Origin: an uncultured Acidobacteriota bacterium
Lineage (GTDB): Bacteria; Acidobacteriota; Thermoanaerobaculia; Multivoradales; UBA5704
Direction of reading: 5' to 3'
Assembly (NCBI GenBank): GCA_963770895.1
Contig: CAVYRF010000002.1
Coordinates: 1,024,001 to 1,088,000, forward strand
Length of the DNA: 64,000 nucleotides
Position 1 is the stretch's first letter. The number at the start of each line of letters is the position of its first letter. Position numbers and translations under genes: made by a program. This document shows positions 51,794 through 61,466 of the stretch, one piece after another. The notes below the pieces were generated by a model, which saw only the letters and a program-made list of their open reading frames with translations, was not told where the DNA came from and searched no databases.

Positions 51794-52869
51794 TCGAAAA
51801 GCTGGCACAGCTGGAAAAGACCCACTCCGAGCTGACCCAGCGCCTGGCCGATCCGGCGTTGCTCGCCGACCACAAGGCTTACGCCGACACCAACCGCGCG
51901 CTCTCCGAGATCCGCCACGTGGTGGACCTGTACCGGGAGTATTCGGCCGCCGGGCGCCAGCTGGCCGACAACGAAGAGCTGGTCTCCGGCCTGGACAAGG
52001 ACGACGACCTGTTCGCCCTGGCGCAGGAAGAGCGCACCCAGCTGCAGCAGCGCATCGCCCGGCTGGAGCAGGACCTGCGCCGTGAGCTGACGCCCAAGGA
52101 CCCCAACGACGGCCGCAACGTCGTGCTGGAGATCCGCGCCGGCACCGGCGGCGACGAAGCGACGCTGTTTGCCGGCGAGCTGTTCCGCATGTACAGCCGC
52201 TACGCCGAGCGCGAGGGTTGGCGGGTAGAGATCATCGACCTGTCGGAATCCGGCGTGCGCGGCATCAAGGAGGTGTCGGCCATCGTCGAAGGGCGCGGCG
52301 CCTACAGCCGGCTCAAGTACGAGGCGGGCGTCCACCGCGTGCAACGGGTGCCCGAAACCGAAGCGGCGGGGCGCATCCACACCTCGGCGGTCACCGTCGC
52401 CGTGCTGCCCGAGGCCGACGACATTGAAATCGAAATCGAAGAAAAAGATCTGCGCATCGACCGCTTCTGCTCCTCCGGCCCCGGCGGCCAGGGCGTCAAC
52501 ACCACCTACTCGGCGGTGCGCCTGACCCACCTGCCGTCGGGCGTCGTGGTCAGCTGCCAGGACGAGCGCAGCCAGATCAAGAACAAGGCCAAGGCGCTGC
52601 GCGTGCTCAAGGCGCGCCTGCTCGAGATCGAGCGCGAAAAAGCCGAATCGGCGCTCACCGAGGAGCGCCGCCGCATGGTGGGTTCCGGCGACAGGTCGGA
52701 AAAGATCCGCACCTACAACTTCCCCCAGAACCGCGTCACCGATCACCGCATCGGCCTGACCCTCCACCAGCTGCCGGCGACCATGAGCGGCGACCTGGAC
52801 CCCCTGATCGAACCCCTGGTCGCGCACTTCCAGGCACAAAAGATGGAAGAGGCGGCTCGCGCCCACTGA
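51790..52869 (+). CDS. prfA: Peptide chain release factor 1
   Basis: [17 protein letters not shown] (PxT), [24 protein letters not shown]. Confidence 0.97.
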   Translation: MIEKLAQLEKTHSELTQRLADPALLADHKAYADTNRALSEIRHVVDLYREYSAAGRQLADNEELVSGLDKDDDLFALAQEERTQLQQRIARLEQDLRRELTPKDPNDGRNVVLEIRAGTGGDEATLFAGELFRMYSRYAEREGWRVEIIDLSESGVRGIKEVSAIVEGRGAYSRLKYEAGVHRVQRVPETEAAGRIHTSAVTVAVLPEADDIEIEIEEKDLRIDRFCSSGPGGQGVNTTYSAVRLTHLPSGVVVSCQDERSQIKNKAKALRVLKARLLEIEREKAESALTEERRRMVGSGDRSEKIRTYNFPQNRVTDHRIGLTLHQLPATMSGDLDPLIEPLVAHFQAQKMEEAARAH

Positions 52870-52870
52870 C

Positions 52871-53725
52871 GTGCCACCCGGCGACCTCCGTCTGGGCGAC
52901 GTACTCGGCGAGGCGCGACGGCGGCTGGCCGTGGAGCCCTTCGGCTCGCCGCGCGAAGCGGCCTTGCTGCTCGGCCGGGTGCTCGGCCTGTCCGAAGCGC
53001 AGGTGATGGCGCGCGACGAGATGCCGGTCCCCGCGGCGGCGGCGGCGCGCTTCGCCGCGCTCGTCGAGCGCCGCCGTCACGGCGAACCGGTCGCCTATCT
53101 GACCGGCGAAAGGGAGTTCTACGGGCGGCCGTTCACCGTCGACCGGCGCGTCCTCATCCCGCGCCCCGAAACCGAGCACGTGATCGAAACCGTGCTGGCG
53201 CTGGCGCTGCCGGCGGCGCCGCGCATCCTGGACGTCGGCACCGGCTCGGGTTGCCTGGCCGTCACCCTGGCGCTGGAGCTGCCCGCGGCGCGGGTCGTCG
53301 CCAGCGACCTGTCGCCGGCGGCGCTGGCGCTCGCCGCCGGCAACGCCCGCCGCCACCAGGTGGCGGCGCGGGTGCACATGGCCGCCAGCGACCTCACCGC
53401 GGCGCTGGCCCTGGAACGCTTCGACCTGGTGGTCAGCAATCCGCCCTACGTCGACCCTGAAGACGCTCCCCGCCTGTCGCCGGAGGTCGTCGCCTTTGAG
53501 CCGGGGCTGGCGCTGTTCGCGCCGGACCACGGCCAGGCCGTGATGGCGCGCCTGTTCGCCGCGGCGGCCGCCCTGCGGCCGGGCATCTACCTGGCGGTCG
53601 AGATCGGCGGCGGCCAGCTGGATTCCTGTCAGCGGATGGCCGCGGCGGCCGGTCTGACCATCCACCAGGTGCGGCGCGACTACGCGGGGCTGCCGCGAGT
53701 CCTGGTGCTGTCGCACCCAGGGTGA
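52871..53725 (+). CDS. prmC: Release factor glutamine methyltransferase
   Basis: VLIPRPETE, LDVGTGSG, VSNPPY; follows prfA. Confidence 0.95.
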   Translation: MPPGDLRLGDVLGEARRRLAVEPFGSPREAALLLGRVLGLSEAQVMARDEMPVPAAAAARFAALVERRRHGEPVAYLTGEREFYGRPFTVDRRVLIPRPETEHVIETVLALALPAAPRILDVGTGSGCLAVTLALELPAARVVASDLSPAALALAAGNARRHQVAARVHMAASDLTAALALERFDLVVSNPPYVDPEDAPRLSPEVVAFEPGLALFAPDHGQAVMARLFAAAAALRPGIYLAVEIGGGQLDSCQRMAAAAGLTIHQVRRDYAGLPRVLVLSHPG

Positions 53726-53781
53726 CAGAATCGCCGGGCGCAGGTTGATCGCCGCTCCCACCCACACGAGACCGACACGCC

Positions 53782-55122
53782 ATGGATAAGTTCCTGATCA
53801 CGGGGCCGACCCCGCTCCGCGGCCGGGTGCGGGCCAGCGGCGCCAAAAACGCCGCGCTGCCGGCCCTCGCCGCGGCGCTCCTCGCCGGCGAACCGATCAC
53901 CCTGCACCGGGTGCCGCGGGTGCGCGACCTGCGCACCATGCGGCGGCTGCTCGACCACCTGGGCGTCGGCGCCGACGAAGCCCCCGCGCCCGCCGGCGGC
54001 CACCCCGGAAACGACGGAGACGGCGGCGGCGGGGACGACGCCGGCGGCGCCACCCTCACCCTGCACCGCGACCGTCCGAACCAACCCGCCGACGCCCCCT
54101 ACGACCTGGTCAAGACCATGCGCGCCAGCGTGCTGGTGCTGGGGCCGCTCGTGGCGCGCTACGGCTTTGCGCGCGTCTCGCTGCCCGGCGGCTGCGCCAT
54201 CGGCGTGCGGCCGATCGATCAACATCTCAAGGGCCTGGCGGCGCTCGGCGCCGACGTGCGCCTGGAGCACGGCTACGTCGAGGCGCGGGCCGACAGGCTC
54301 GCCGGCGCCACCTTCCGCTTCGACATGGCGACGGTCACCGGCACCGAGAACCTGCTGCTCGCCGCCTGCCTGGCGCGCGGCACCACGGTGCTGCACAACT
54401 GCGCCTGCGAACCCGAAGTGGTCGACCTGGCCCGCCTGCTCAACGCCATGGGCGCCCGCATCAGCGGGGCGGGGCAGGAAACCATCGTCATCGAAGGCGT
54501 CGACGAGCTGGGCGGCGCCGTCCACACCGTCATCCCCGATCGCATCGAAGGCGGCACCTATCTCATTGGGGCCGCGCTGACCGGCGGCGACGTGCTGCTC
54601 GAAGGCGCCCAGGCCGCCGATCTGGCGCCGCTGCTGGACAAATTGGCGGCGATCGGAGTCGGCATCCAGGTCACGGACCAGGGGATCCGCGCCAGCGCGG
54701 CGCGCGCCGACGGCCGGCTGCGGGCGGCCGACGTCGCCACCGCCCCGCATCCCGGCTTCCCCACCGACCTGCAGGCCCAGTACATGGCGCTGATGACCTG
54801 CGCCGAAGGGGTGGCGACGATCCGCGAAACCGTGTTCGAGAACCGTTTCCAGCACGTCCCCGAGCTGGCGCGGATGGGCGCCGACATCGCCGTCGAAGGC
54901 GCTGCGGCGCGCGTCACCGGGGGCACCCAGCTGGCCGGTGCGGCGGTCATGGCGACCGATCTGCGCGCTTCCGCATGCCTGGTGCTCGCCGCCGTCGCCG
55001 CCACCGGCAGGAGCGTCGTCGACCGCATCTACCACCTGGACCGCGGCTATGAAGGCATGGAACTGAAACTGCAGAAGCTGGGCGCGCAAGTCGACCGGAT
55101 CGCGGGGGCTGAGACCGCCTGA
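53782..55122 (+). CDS. murA: UDP-N-acetylglucosamine 1-carboxyvinyltransferase
   Basis: [21 protein letters not shown] (Cys present), [14 protein letters not shown]. Confidence 0.96.
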   Translation: MDKFLITGPTPLRGRVRASGAKNAALPALAAALLAGEPITLHRVPRVRDLRTMRRLLDHLGVGADEAPAPAGGHPGNDGDGGGGDDAGGATLTLHRDRPNQPADAPYDLVKTMRASVLVLGPLVARYGFARVSLPGGCAIGVRPIDQHLKGLAALGADVRLEHGYVEARADRLAGATFRFDMATVTGTENLLLAACLARGTTVLHNCACEPEVVDLARLLNAMGARISGAGQETIVIEGVDELGGAVHTVIPDRIEGGTYLIGAALTGGDVLLEGAQAADLAPLLDKLAAIGVGIQVTDQGIRASAARADGRLRAADVATAPHPGFPTDLQAQYMALMTCAEGVATIRETVFENRFQHVPELARMGADIAVEGAAARVTGGTQLAGAAVMATDLRASACLVLAAVAATGRSVVDRIYHLDRGYEGMELKLQKLGAQVDRIAGAETA

Positions 55123-55195
55123 CGCCCGCAGCGCCGCGCACCCGGCCCCCGGCATCCAGCATTACCGCCGTCCGGCAAGACGCCTTGCCGCAACC

Positions 55196-57457
55196 ATGCT
55201 CGCCGCCGCCCTCCCTCTCGTCCTCGCCCTCACCGGCGCCGATCCGCGCCCCACGCTGGCGGCGCTGCAGCTCGCGGGGCGGCCGGCCGACGCCCTGGAG
55301 CGGGTGCAGCAGGAGCTCGCGACGCAGCCCGCCGCCGTGCGGCCGCTGGGCTTTGACTACCTGCGCGGGCACCTGCTGGAGACGCTGGGGCGCGGCACCG
55401 ACTCGGGGCCGGCGTTCGTCGACGCCATCTCGACGGCCCCCAGGCTCGCGTCGTATTGCCGCTATCGCCTGGCCACCCAGCAGGTGCAGCTCGGCCATCC
55501 CGAGGTGGCGGCCGGCCTGCTCGCCACCGGGCTCGCCGCCGACCCGTCTTCCCAGCTCGCTCCCGATGAAGTCCGCCTGCTCATCCAGACGCTCGGCCGC
55601 GGCGGCGACTGCCGCCTGCTGCGCGGCTTCCGCACCCGGCAGCTGGCCGCCCCCGAGCGGCGCGAAGTCCTGCTGGCGCAGGCGGAATGCGACCTGCGCG
55701 CCGGCGCCGCCCAGCCGGCGCGCGCCCTGCTCGTCGCGCTCCTCGACGAGAACCACGAAGACGACGTGGCGCGCCGCGCCGCGGACCGCCTGGCGCCGCT
55801 GGTCGCCGACGAGCGAGCGCGCCTGCCGCTGCTGCTCAGCGCCACCTTCTTCGAGCACCGCGAATTCGACCGCTCGGTGCGGCAGCTGGCGCGGGTCTTC
55901 GCCCTGATCGGCGTCAAGGGGCGGTCGCCCTCGGCCCACGAGCTGGCCGAGGCGCGCTACAGCCTCGGCCGCGCCGCCTTCTGGGAAGGCCACTTCGACC
56001 AGGCGGCGCGCACCTTCGGTGACGTCGCCGAAGGCGCCCCCAGCGCCGCCGAGCGAGCCCGCGCCATGCTGCAACAGGGGCGCAGCTACGAGATGCTCAC
56101 CGACTGGAAGCGCGCCGCCGCCAGCTTCCGCCTCGCCTTCCTCGCCGAACCCGCCGGCGAATGGGCGGCCTCGTCACTGCTCGAGACCCTGCGCGTGGAA
56201 TGGCGCGGCGGCAACGAAGCCACCGGCGCTTCGCTCCTGGCCATGCTCGGCACCAGCCCGCGCTGGCGCGACTCGGCACGCCGCGCCGCCCTCTTCCTGG
56301 CCGCCTCGGACCTGGTGCGCGGGCGCGGCGACCGCGCGGGCGCCTGGCTCGACCGCGCCGCGGCCGGCGGCCCCGACGAAGAGCGCCCCGAAATCGCCTA
56401 CTGGCGCGGCCGCCTGGCCGAGATCCGCGACCAGCCGCGCGACGCCGTGGCCGCCTACGTCGACGGCCTGCAAGCCGACCTCTACCATCCCCTGTCGCGC
56501 GCCGCCCTGGGCCGCCTGGGCAGCGGCGCCCTGGCCAACGCCGCCCGCGCCGAAGGGCGCCGCCTGGCCTCCTCCCGGCACCCCCGCGACCTCTACGCCG
56601 CCTGGCTGCTGCTCGGCGCCGACGACCCCAGCGGCCGCATCGCCGAGCACCGCCTGCGCAGCCAGCTCCTCGCCGACCCCAACACCGCCCCCTTCCTGCG
56701 CATGAGCGAAGTGCCCATCGACAGCTGGCCCCTCTGGACCGCCACCCTGCGCCGGCCCGAAGACACCCTGCTTGCCCTGGGCCTCTGGCACGAAGGAGCA
56801 CCCGCCGCCCGCGAGCACTTCCCCCCCACCGACCCCGCCCTCGCCCTCACCGGCTGCACCCTGCTCGCCCGCGCCGGCGAAACCCCGCGCGCCATCCTCC
56901 TGGCCGAAGCCCTGCGCGACCGCGTGCCCGCCGACCTGCCGCCGGTGCTCCTCCCCTTCGGCTTCCAGCAGTGCCTCTACCCGCTCGCCTATCGCGAACC
57001 CCTCTTCGCCGAGGGCCGCCTGCGCGGCGTCGACCCCTACCTCATGGCCGCCCTCATCCGCGTCGAAAGCCGCTTCGACCACCTGGCCCTCTCGCCAGGA
57101 GCCGCGCGCGGCCTCACCCAGTTCGTCCTCGCCACCGCCGCCCACGTCGCCGCCGGCCTGGGCATGGACCACCTGGACCCCGACGACCTCTACCGCCCCG
57201 AAGTCGCCATCGACCTGGGAGGCGCCTACCTCGCCCAGCTCCTCCGCACCTTCCGCGGCACCCCCCAAATCGCCATCGCCGCCTACGACGCCGGCGAAAC
57301 CCAAGCCGCCCTCTGGCGAGCCTACTGCGTCAGCCGAGAGCCCGAGGAGTACTTCACCAAAATCGGCTTCCGAGAAACCCGCCTCCACGTAGCCCAAATC
57401 CTATCCACCTGGTCCCGCTACCAACACCTCTACTCCGCCCCACCCACAGCCCCCTGA
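55196..57457 (+). CDS. Slt70-like lytic transglycosylase (TPR-like superhelix plus SLT domain)
   Basis: LYPLAY, IRVESRF (catalytic Glu), GARGLTQF, AAYDAG, ETRLHV. Confidence 0.82.
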   Translation: MLAAALPLVLALTGADPRPTLAALQLAGRPADALERVQQELATQPAAVRPLGFDYLRGHLLETLGRGTDSGPAFVDAISTAPRLASYCRYRLATQQVQLGHPEVAAGLLATGLAADPSSQLAPDEVRLLIQTLGRGGDCRLLRGFRTRQLAAPERREVLLAQAECDLRAGAAQPARALLVALLDENHEDDVARRAADRLAPLVADERARLPLLLSATFFEHREFDRSVRQLARVFALIGVKGRSPSAHELAEARYSLGRAAFWEGHFDQAARTFGDVAEGAPSAAERARAMLQQGRSYEMLTDWKRAAASFRLAFLAEPAGEWAASSLLETLRVEWRGGNEATGASLLAMLGTSPRWRDSARRAALFLAASDLVRGRGDRAGAWLDRAAAGGPDEERPEIAYWRGRLAEIRDQPRDAVAAYVDGLQADLYHPLSRAALGRLGSGALANAARAEGRRLASSRHPRDLYAAWLLLGADDPSGRIAEHRLRSQLLADPNTAPFLRMSEVPIDSWPLWTATLRRPEDTLLALGLWHEGAPAAREHFPPTDPALALTGCTLLARAGETPRAILLAEALRDRVPADLPPVLLPFGFQQCLYPLAYREPLFAEGRLRGVDPYLMAALIRVESRFDHLALSPGAARGLTQFVLATAAHVAAGLGMDHLDPDDLYRPEVAIDLGGAYLAQLLRTFRGTPQIAIAAYDAGETQAALWRAYCVSREPEEYFTKIGFRETRLHVAQILSTWSRYQHLYSAPPTAP

Positions 57458-57588
57458 TCGGCCGCGGGATAGGGGAGCGGGCGGCGCGGAACAGCGAGCA
57501 GCATGCACTACAGTATTGAGAGAACCTTGTGTCCAACCCTGGCATGTTGCTCGGGATGTGGGAGTGGCTCAAGGCGAGGAGATCGAAC

Positions 57589-57996
57589 ATGAACAGAAGG
57601 TTGTCCTTGTGCTTCGGTCTGGTGCTCTTCTGTCTGGCCGCCGCCATGGCCCAGCAACCCGCCGTGGCGACCGCCACCGCACCGACGCCGGCCGTCGCAG
57701 CCGATCGGGCCGCTCCGGCAGCCCCCGCCGCTGCCGCGGCGCCCGCTCTGGCGGCTATCCTGGGATTCGAGCCGGCGGTCGCATGCCCGGCTTCGGCGGC
57801 GACGACGGCGGCACCCTGGGACTCCAAGGCTGGCATCCCGCAGCCGATCAACCTCGCCTGCACCTGCTCGCCGACTCGGGCACAGTGCGAGGCGATGTGC
57901 AATGCGGACGGTCCGAACTGCACCGCGACCTACTCCTGCTCGGTGAGCTGCCACGTCTCTTGCGTCTGTCACGAAGGCGCCGGCTTCTGCGACTGA
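57589..57996 (+). CDS. Secreted Cys-rich prepropeptide (defensin-like)
   Basis: SD AGGAGA; signal peptide; Ala/Pro-rich spacer; C-terminal 45 aa contain 10 Cys. Confidence 0.7.
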   Translation: MNRRLSLCFGLVLFCLAAAMAQQPAVATATAPTPAVAADRAAPAAPAAAAAPALAAILGFEPAVACPASAATTAAPWDSKAGIPQPINLACTCSPTRAQCEAMCNADGPNCTATYSCSVSCHVSCVCHEGAGFCD

Positions 57997-58113
57997 GCGC
58001 GCCGCCGGAGCGCTGCCTCTCATAGGGGGCCAGGCCGCGCCGGACCTGGGAATCGAGGTGACGGTCGTGGCCGACGCGGGCTGACCTGCGAAGCCGGCCA
58101 AGCGGAAAGGCGG

Positions 58114-58935
58114 TCAGCCGGGCGGCGGGGTGGCAGGTTTGGCGGGGGGCGGGGTGACGTCTTTGCCGGGGCGGGTGCCGGGGGGGAGGGGTGGGGCGTC
58201 GGGTTTCTTGCTCAGGTCGATGCGCTTGACGACGGGGGGGAGGGGGCCGGCGGGGCGGTCCAGGAACGTGGAGATGGTGGCTTTGCTGCGCAGGTCTTCG
58301 GTCCAGCGGTCGAGCTCTTCGGTCAGGCGTTGCTGGCGCAGGACGGCGCGGATGGGGTCGCGTTCGTCGTCCAGGGGCGGCACGGGCAGGTGCTGCTTTT
58401 GCAGCTGCGGGGTGAGGACTTTCTTGTAGTAGGCGGCGATGTCGTCCAGGGTGACGAAGACCTGCGGGCCCAGGCGCTCGTCGACGAAGGTCAGGACGCC
58501 CAGCTGGCGGGCCATCATCTGGCGCAGGCCGGCTTCGTCCAGGCCGACTTCTTTGAGTTTTTGGCGGAAGGTGGCGTCGTCCTTGAAGCGGACGCGGATG
58601 TCGGCGACCTGCTTTTCGATCTGGTCGACCGGCACCTGTTCGAGGCCGAAACGGTCGATCTCGTGGAAGCGCAGGCGCTGGGCGATGAGGGAGTCCAGCA
58701 GGCGCCGGCGGAAGGCCGCGGGGGCTTCACCGGGGTTGGGCTGCAGCAGGCCGACGACGGCCGCGCGGTCGAGATCGGACGCCAGGATGGGATCGCCGTC
58801 GACCACCGCCATGACGCGGTCTTTGAGCTGGTTGGGAGAGGCCGCGGGGGGGGCGGCGGGAGCGGCGGCGGCAGCGGCGGATGCGCCCGTCGCGAGCGCC
58901 AGCGCGAGCAGCAGGTGCGGGGCCGGGAACGCCAT
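58114..58935 (-). CDS. Exported SurA N-terminal-domain-like chaperone
   Basis: Signal peptide; DRVMAVVDGDPILASDL...WTEDLRSKATI; no parvulin domain visible. Confidence 0.7.
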   Translation of the reverse strand: MAFPAPHLLLALALATGASAAAAAAPAAPPAASPNQLKDRVMAVVDGDPILASDLDRAAVVGLLQPNPGEAPAAFRRRLLDSLIAQRLRFHEIDRFGLEQVPVDQIEKQVADIRVRFKDDATFRQKLKEVGLDEAGLRQMMARQLGVLTFVDERLGPQVFVTLDDIAAYYKKVLTPQLQKQHLPVPPLDDERDPIRAVLRQQRLTEELDRWTEDLRSKATISTFLDRPAGPLPPVVKRIDLSKKPDAPPLPPGTRPGKDVTPPPAKPATPPPG

Positions 58936-58963
58936 GGCCGCCATGCTAGCATCCGTCGTCAGG

Positions 58964-59815
58964 ATGGCTGACATCCCTTCCCGGCTGACCGTCGGACTCG
59001 CCCAGATCGATTGCCGCCTGGGCGATATCGCGGGCAACGTCGAGCGGCACCTGGACTGGATCGAGCGGGCGCGGGCGGACGGCGTGGACCTGCTGGTGTT
59101 CCCCGAGCTGTCGCTGACCGGCTATCGGCTGCTGCATCTGACGCCGCGCGTGGCGCTCGCCGCCGACTCCGGCGAGCTGGCGCGCCTGGCCGCGGCGGCG
59201 GGGGACATGGCGGTGCTCGCGGGCTTCGTCGAAGAGGGCCCGCGCGGGGCGCTCTACAACAGCGCGGTGCTGCTGTCACAGGGGCGCGTCAGGGTCGTCC
59301 ACCGCAAGCTCTACCTGCCGACCTACGGCATTTTTCAGGAGCATCGGTTTCTCACCGCGGGGCGCCGCCTCGACCTGCTGGGCCTGCCCTGGGGCACCGC
59401 GGGGGTGCTGATCTGCGAAGACCTGTGGCACCCCGAGCTGGCGCGCCGCCTGGCGCTGGGCGGCGCCCGGCTGATCGTGGTGCCGTCGGCCGGGCCCGGC
59501 CGCATCGGCGCCGGCGAGGTGCCCGAAAGCGCCGAAAGCTGGGAGCTGCTGACCCGCTCCGCCGCGCTGCTCAATACCTGCTGGATCGTCTACGTCAACC
59601 GCGTGGGCTGGGAAGAAGGATCGTTCTACACCGGCGGCAGCCACGTGGTGCGGCCCGGCGGCGACCTGGTGGAGCGCGCGCCGTTCCTCGCCGAGCACCT
59701 GCTGACGATGCAGATCGACCTGCGCGACGCCGATCGTCTGCGCTGGAAGCTGCCGCTGCTGTCCGACGACCGCAGCGACATCACCGGCCCGGCGGCGCCT
59801 CAGGAGACACCGTGA
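58964..59815 (+). CDS. Nitrilase-family carbon-nitrogen hydrolase (probable glutaminase subunit of NAD synthetase)
   Basis: FPELSLTGY, HRKLYLP, ICEDLW (E-K-C triad); GTGA overlap with nadE. Confidence 0.85.
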   Translation: MADIPSRLTVGLAQIDCRLGDIAGNVERHLDWIERARADGVDLLVFPELSLTGYRLLHLTPRVALAADSGELARLAAAAGDMAVLAGFVEEGPRGALYNSAVLLSQGRVRVVHRKLYLPTYGIFQEHRFLTAGRRLDLLGLPWGTAGVLICEDLWHPELARRLALGGARLIVVPSAGPGRIGAGEVPESAESWELLTRSAALLNTCWIVYVNRVGWEEGSFYTGGSHVVRPGGDLVERAPFLAEHLLTMQIDLRDADRLRWKLPLLSDDRSDITGPAAPQETP

Positions 59816-60690
59816 CCGACCGCGCTGATCGCGTCGATGGCGTCGATGGCGCCGACCGCGCTGATCGCGAGCAGGCCGCCCGCCGCCTGACGCTCAACGC
59901 GCCGCTCGCGGTTGCGGTGCTGACGGACTTCATTCGCGATGCGGTGGCCAACAGCGGCACCCGCGGCGTCGTGCTCGGGCTGTCCGGCGGCGTCGATTCG
60001 GCGCTCGCCGCGGCGCTGGCCGCCGCCGCCCTGGGGCCGGCCGCGGTGCACGCCCTGCTGCTGCCCTACCGCACCTCGCATCCGTCGTCGGAAGCCGATG
60101 CCCGCGCCGTCGCCCTGCAGCTGGGGGTCGACCACCGGGTGATCGACATCTCGCCGATGATCGACGCCTATTTCGCCGTCGAAACCGGCGCGTCCCCGGC
60201 GCGGCAGGGCAACAAGATGGCGCGCGAGCGGATGACGATCCTGTTCGACCAGGCCAAGAAGCTCGACTGCCTGGTGCTCGGCACCTCCAACAAGACCGAG
60301 ATCCTGCTGGGCTACTCGACGGTCTTCGGCGACAACGCCAGCTCGCTCAATCCGCTGGGCGACCTCTACAAGCGCCAGGTGTGGCAGCTGGCCCGGCATC
60401 TCGGCCTGCCGCCTCAGGTGCTGTCCAAGGCGCCGTCCGCCGACCTGTGGCCGGACCAGACCGACGAATCCGAGCTGGGCGTGACCTACCAGGTGGCGGA
60501 CGAAGTGCTCTGCCTGCTGTTCGACCTGGGGCTGCGGCCGCCCGAAGTGGTCGAGCGCGGCTACGCCGCCGCGGCGGTCGACCGCATCGTCAAGCTGGAG
60601 GCGGCCAATCGCTTCAAGCGCCGCCTGATGCTGATCGGCCGGCTGTCGGGCAGCGCCATCAATCTCGACCAGGAGATCCCGCGCGACTGA
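59812..60690 (+). CDS. nadE: NAD+ synthetase
   Basis: GLSGGVDSA, NKMARERM, GTSNKTE, PLGDLYK, KAPSADLW. Confidence 0.93.
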   Translation: MTDRADRVDGVDGADRADREQAARRLTLNAPLAVAVLTDFIRDAVANSGTRGVVLGLSGGVDSALAAALAAAALGPAAVHALLLPYRTSHPSSEADARAVALQLGVDHRVIDISPMIDAYFAVETGASPARQGNKMARERMTILFDQAKKLDCLVLGTSNKTEILLGYSTVFGDNASSLNPLGDLYKRQVWQLARHLGLPPQVLSKAPSADLWPDQTDESELGVTYQVADEVLCLLFDLGLRPPEVVERGYAAAAVDRIVKLEAANRFKRRLMLIGRLSGSAINLDQEIPRD

Positions 60691-61466
60691 TGGTCCGGCA
60701 CGCGCGGCCACCTCGCCAACCGATCCCGCCGCAGCCGCCTGCCGGCGACGCGGCGGACGTGGCACGCCCGGCAGCCGGCCGCGGCCGCCTGCTGGTGGTC
60801 GCCACCCCCATCGGCAACCTGGGGGACCTGTCGCCGCGCGCCCGCGACGCCTTCGCCGCGGCCGACGTGGTGGCCTGCGAGGACACCCGCCGCACCGGCC
60901 AGCTGCTCAACCACCTGGGCCTGCGCCGGCCGCTGCTGTCGCTGCACGAACACAACGAACGCCGCCGGCTGCCGCAGCTGGCCGACGCGCTGGCCGCCGG
61001 ACGGGTGGTGGCCCTGGCGAGCGACGCCGGCACGCCGCTGCTCTCCGATCCGGGGTACCTGCTGGTGCGCGAGGCGGCCGCCCTGGGGGCGAGCGTCGAG
61101 CCGATTCCCGGCCCGTCGGGCGTGCTGGCGGCGCTGGTCGCGTCGGCGCTGCCGCCCTACCCCTTCACCTTCGCCGGCTTCGCGCCGCCGCGGCAGGGCA
61201 AGCGCCGCACGTTTTACCGCGCCTGGGCGGGCCTGGGCCACACCCTGGTGGTGTTCGAAACGCCGCACCGCCTGCTGGCCAGCCTCGCCGATGCCCTGAG
61301 CGAGCTGGGCAACCGCCCGGCGGCGGTGGCCCGCGAGCTGACCAAGCTGCACGAAGAGGTGGTGCGGGCGCCGCTCGCCGACCAGCTCGCGCTGTGGGGA
61401 GAGCGGCCGGCGCTCAAAGGCGAGTTCGTGCTGGTGCTAGGCGGCGTACGGGAGGATGGCGAGTGA
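60690..61466 (+). CDS. rsmI: 16S rRNA (cytidine1402-2'-O)-methyltransferase
   Basis: VATPIGNLGDLSPRA, CEDTR, SDAGTPLLSDPG, RELTKLHEE. Confidence 0.94.
   Translation: MVRHARPPRQPIPPQPPAGDAADVARPAAGRGRLLVVATPIGNLGDLSPRARDAFAAADVVACEDTRRTGQLLNHLGLRRPLLSLHEHNERRRLPQLADALAAGRVVALASDAGTPLLSDPGYLLVREAAALGASVEPIPGPSGVLAALVASALPPYPFTFAGFAPPRQGKRRTFYRAWAGLGHTLVVFETPHRLLASLADALSELGNRPAAVARELTKLHEEVVRAPLADQLALWGERPALKGEFVLVLGGVREDGE

Noticed and set aside
56400-58700. Strong C-skew switching to G-skew on the plus strand
   Set aside because: Explained by C-ending codons in two convergent genes; not an origin or terminus signal.
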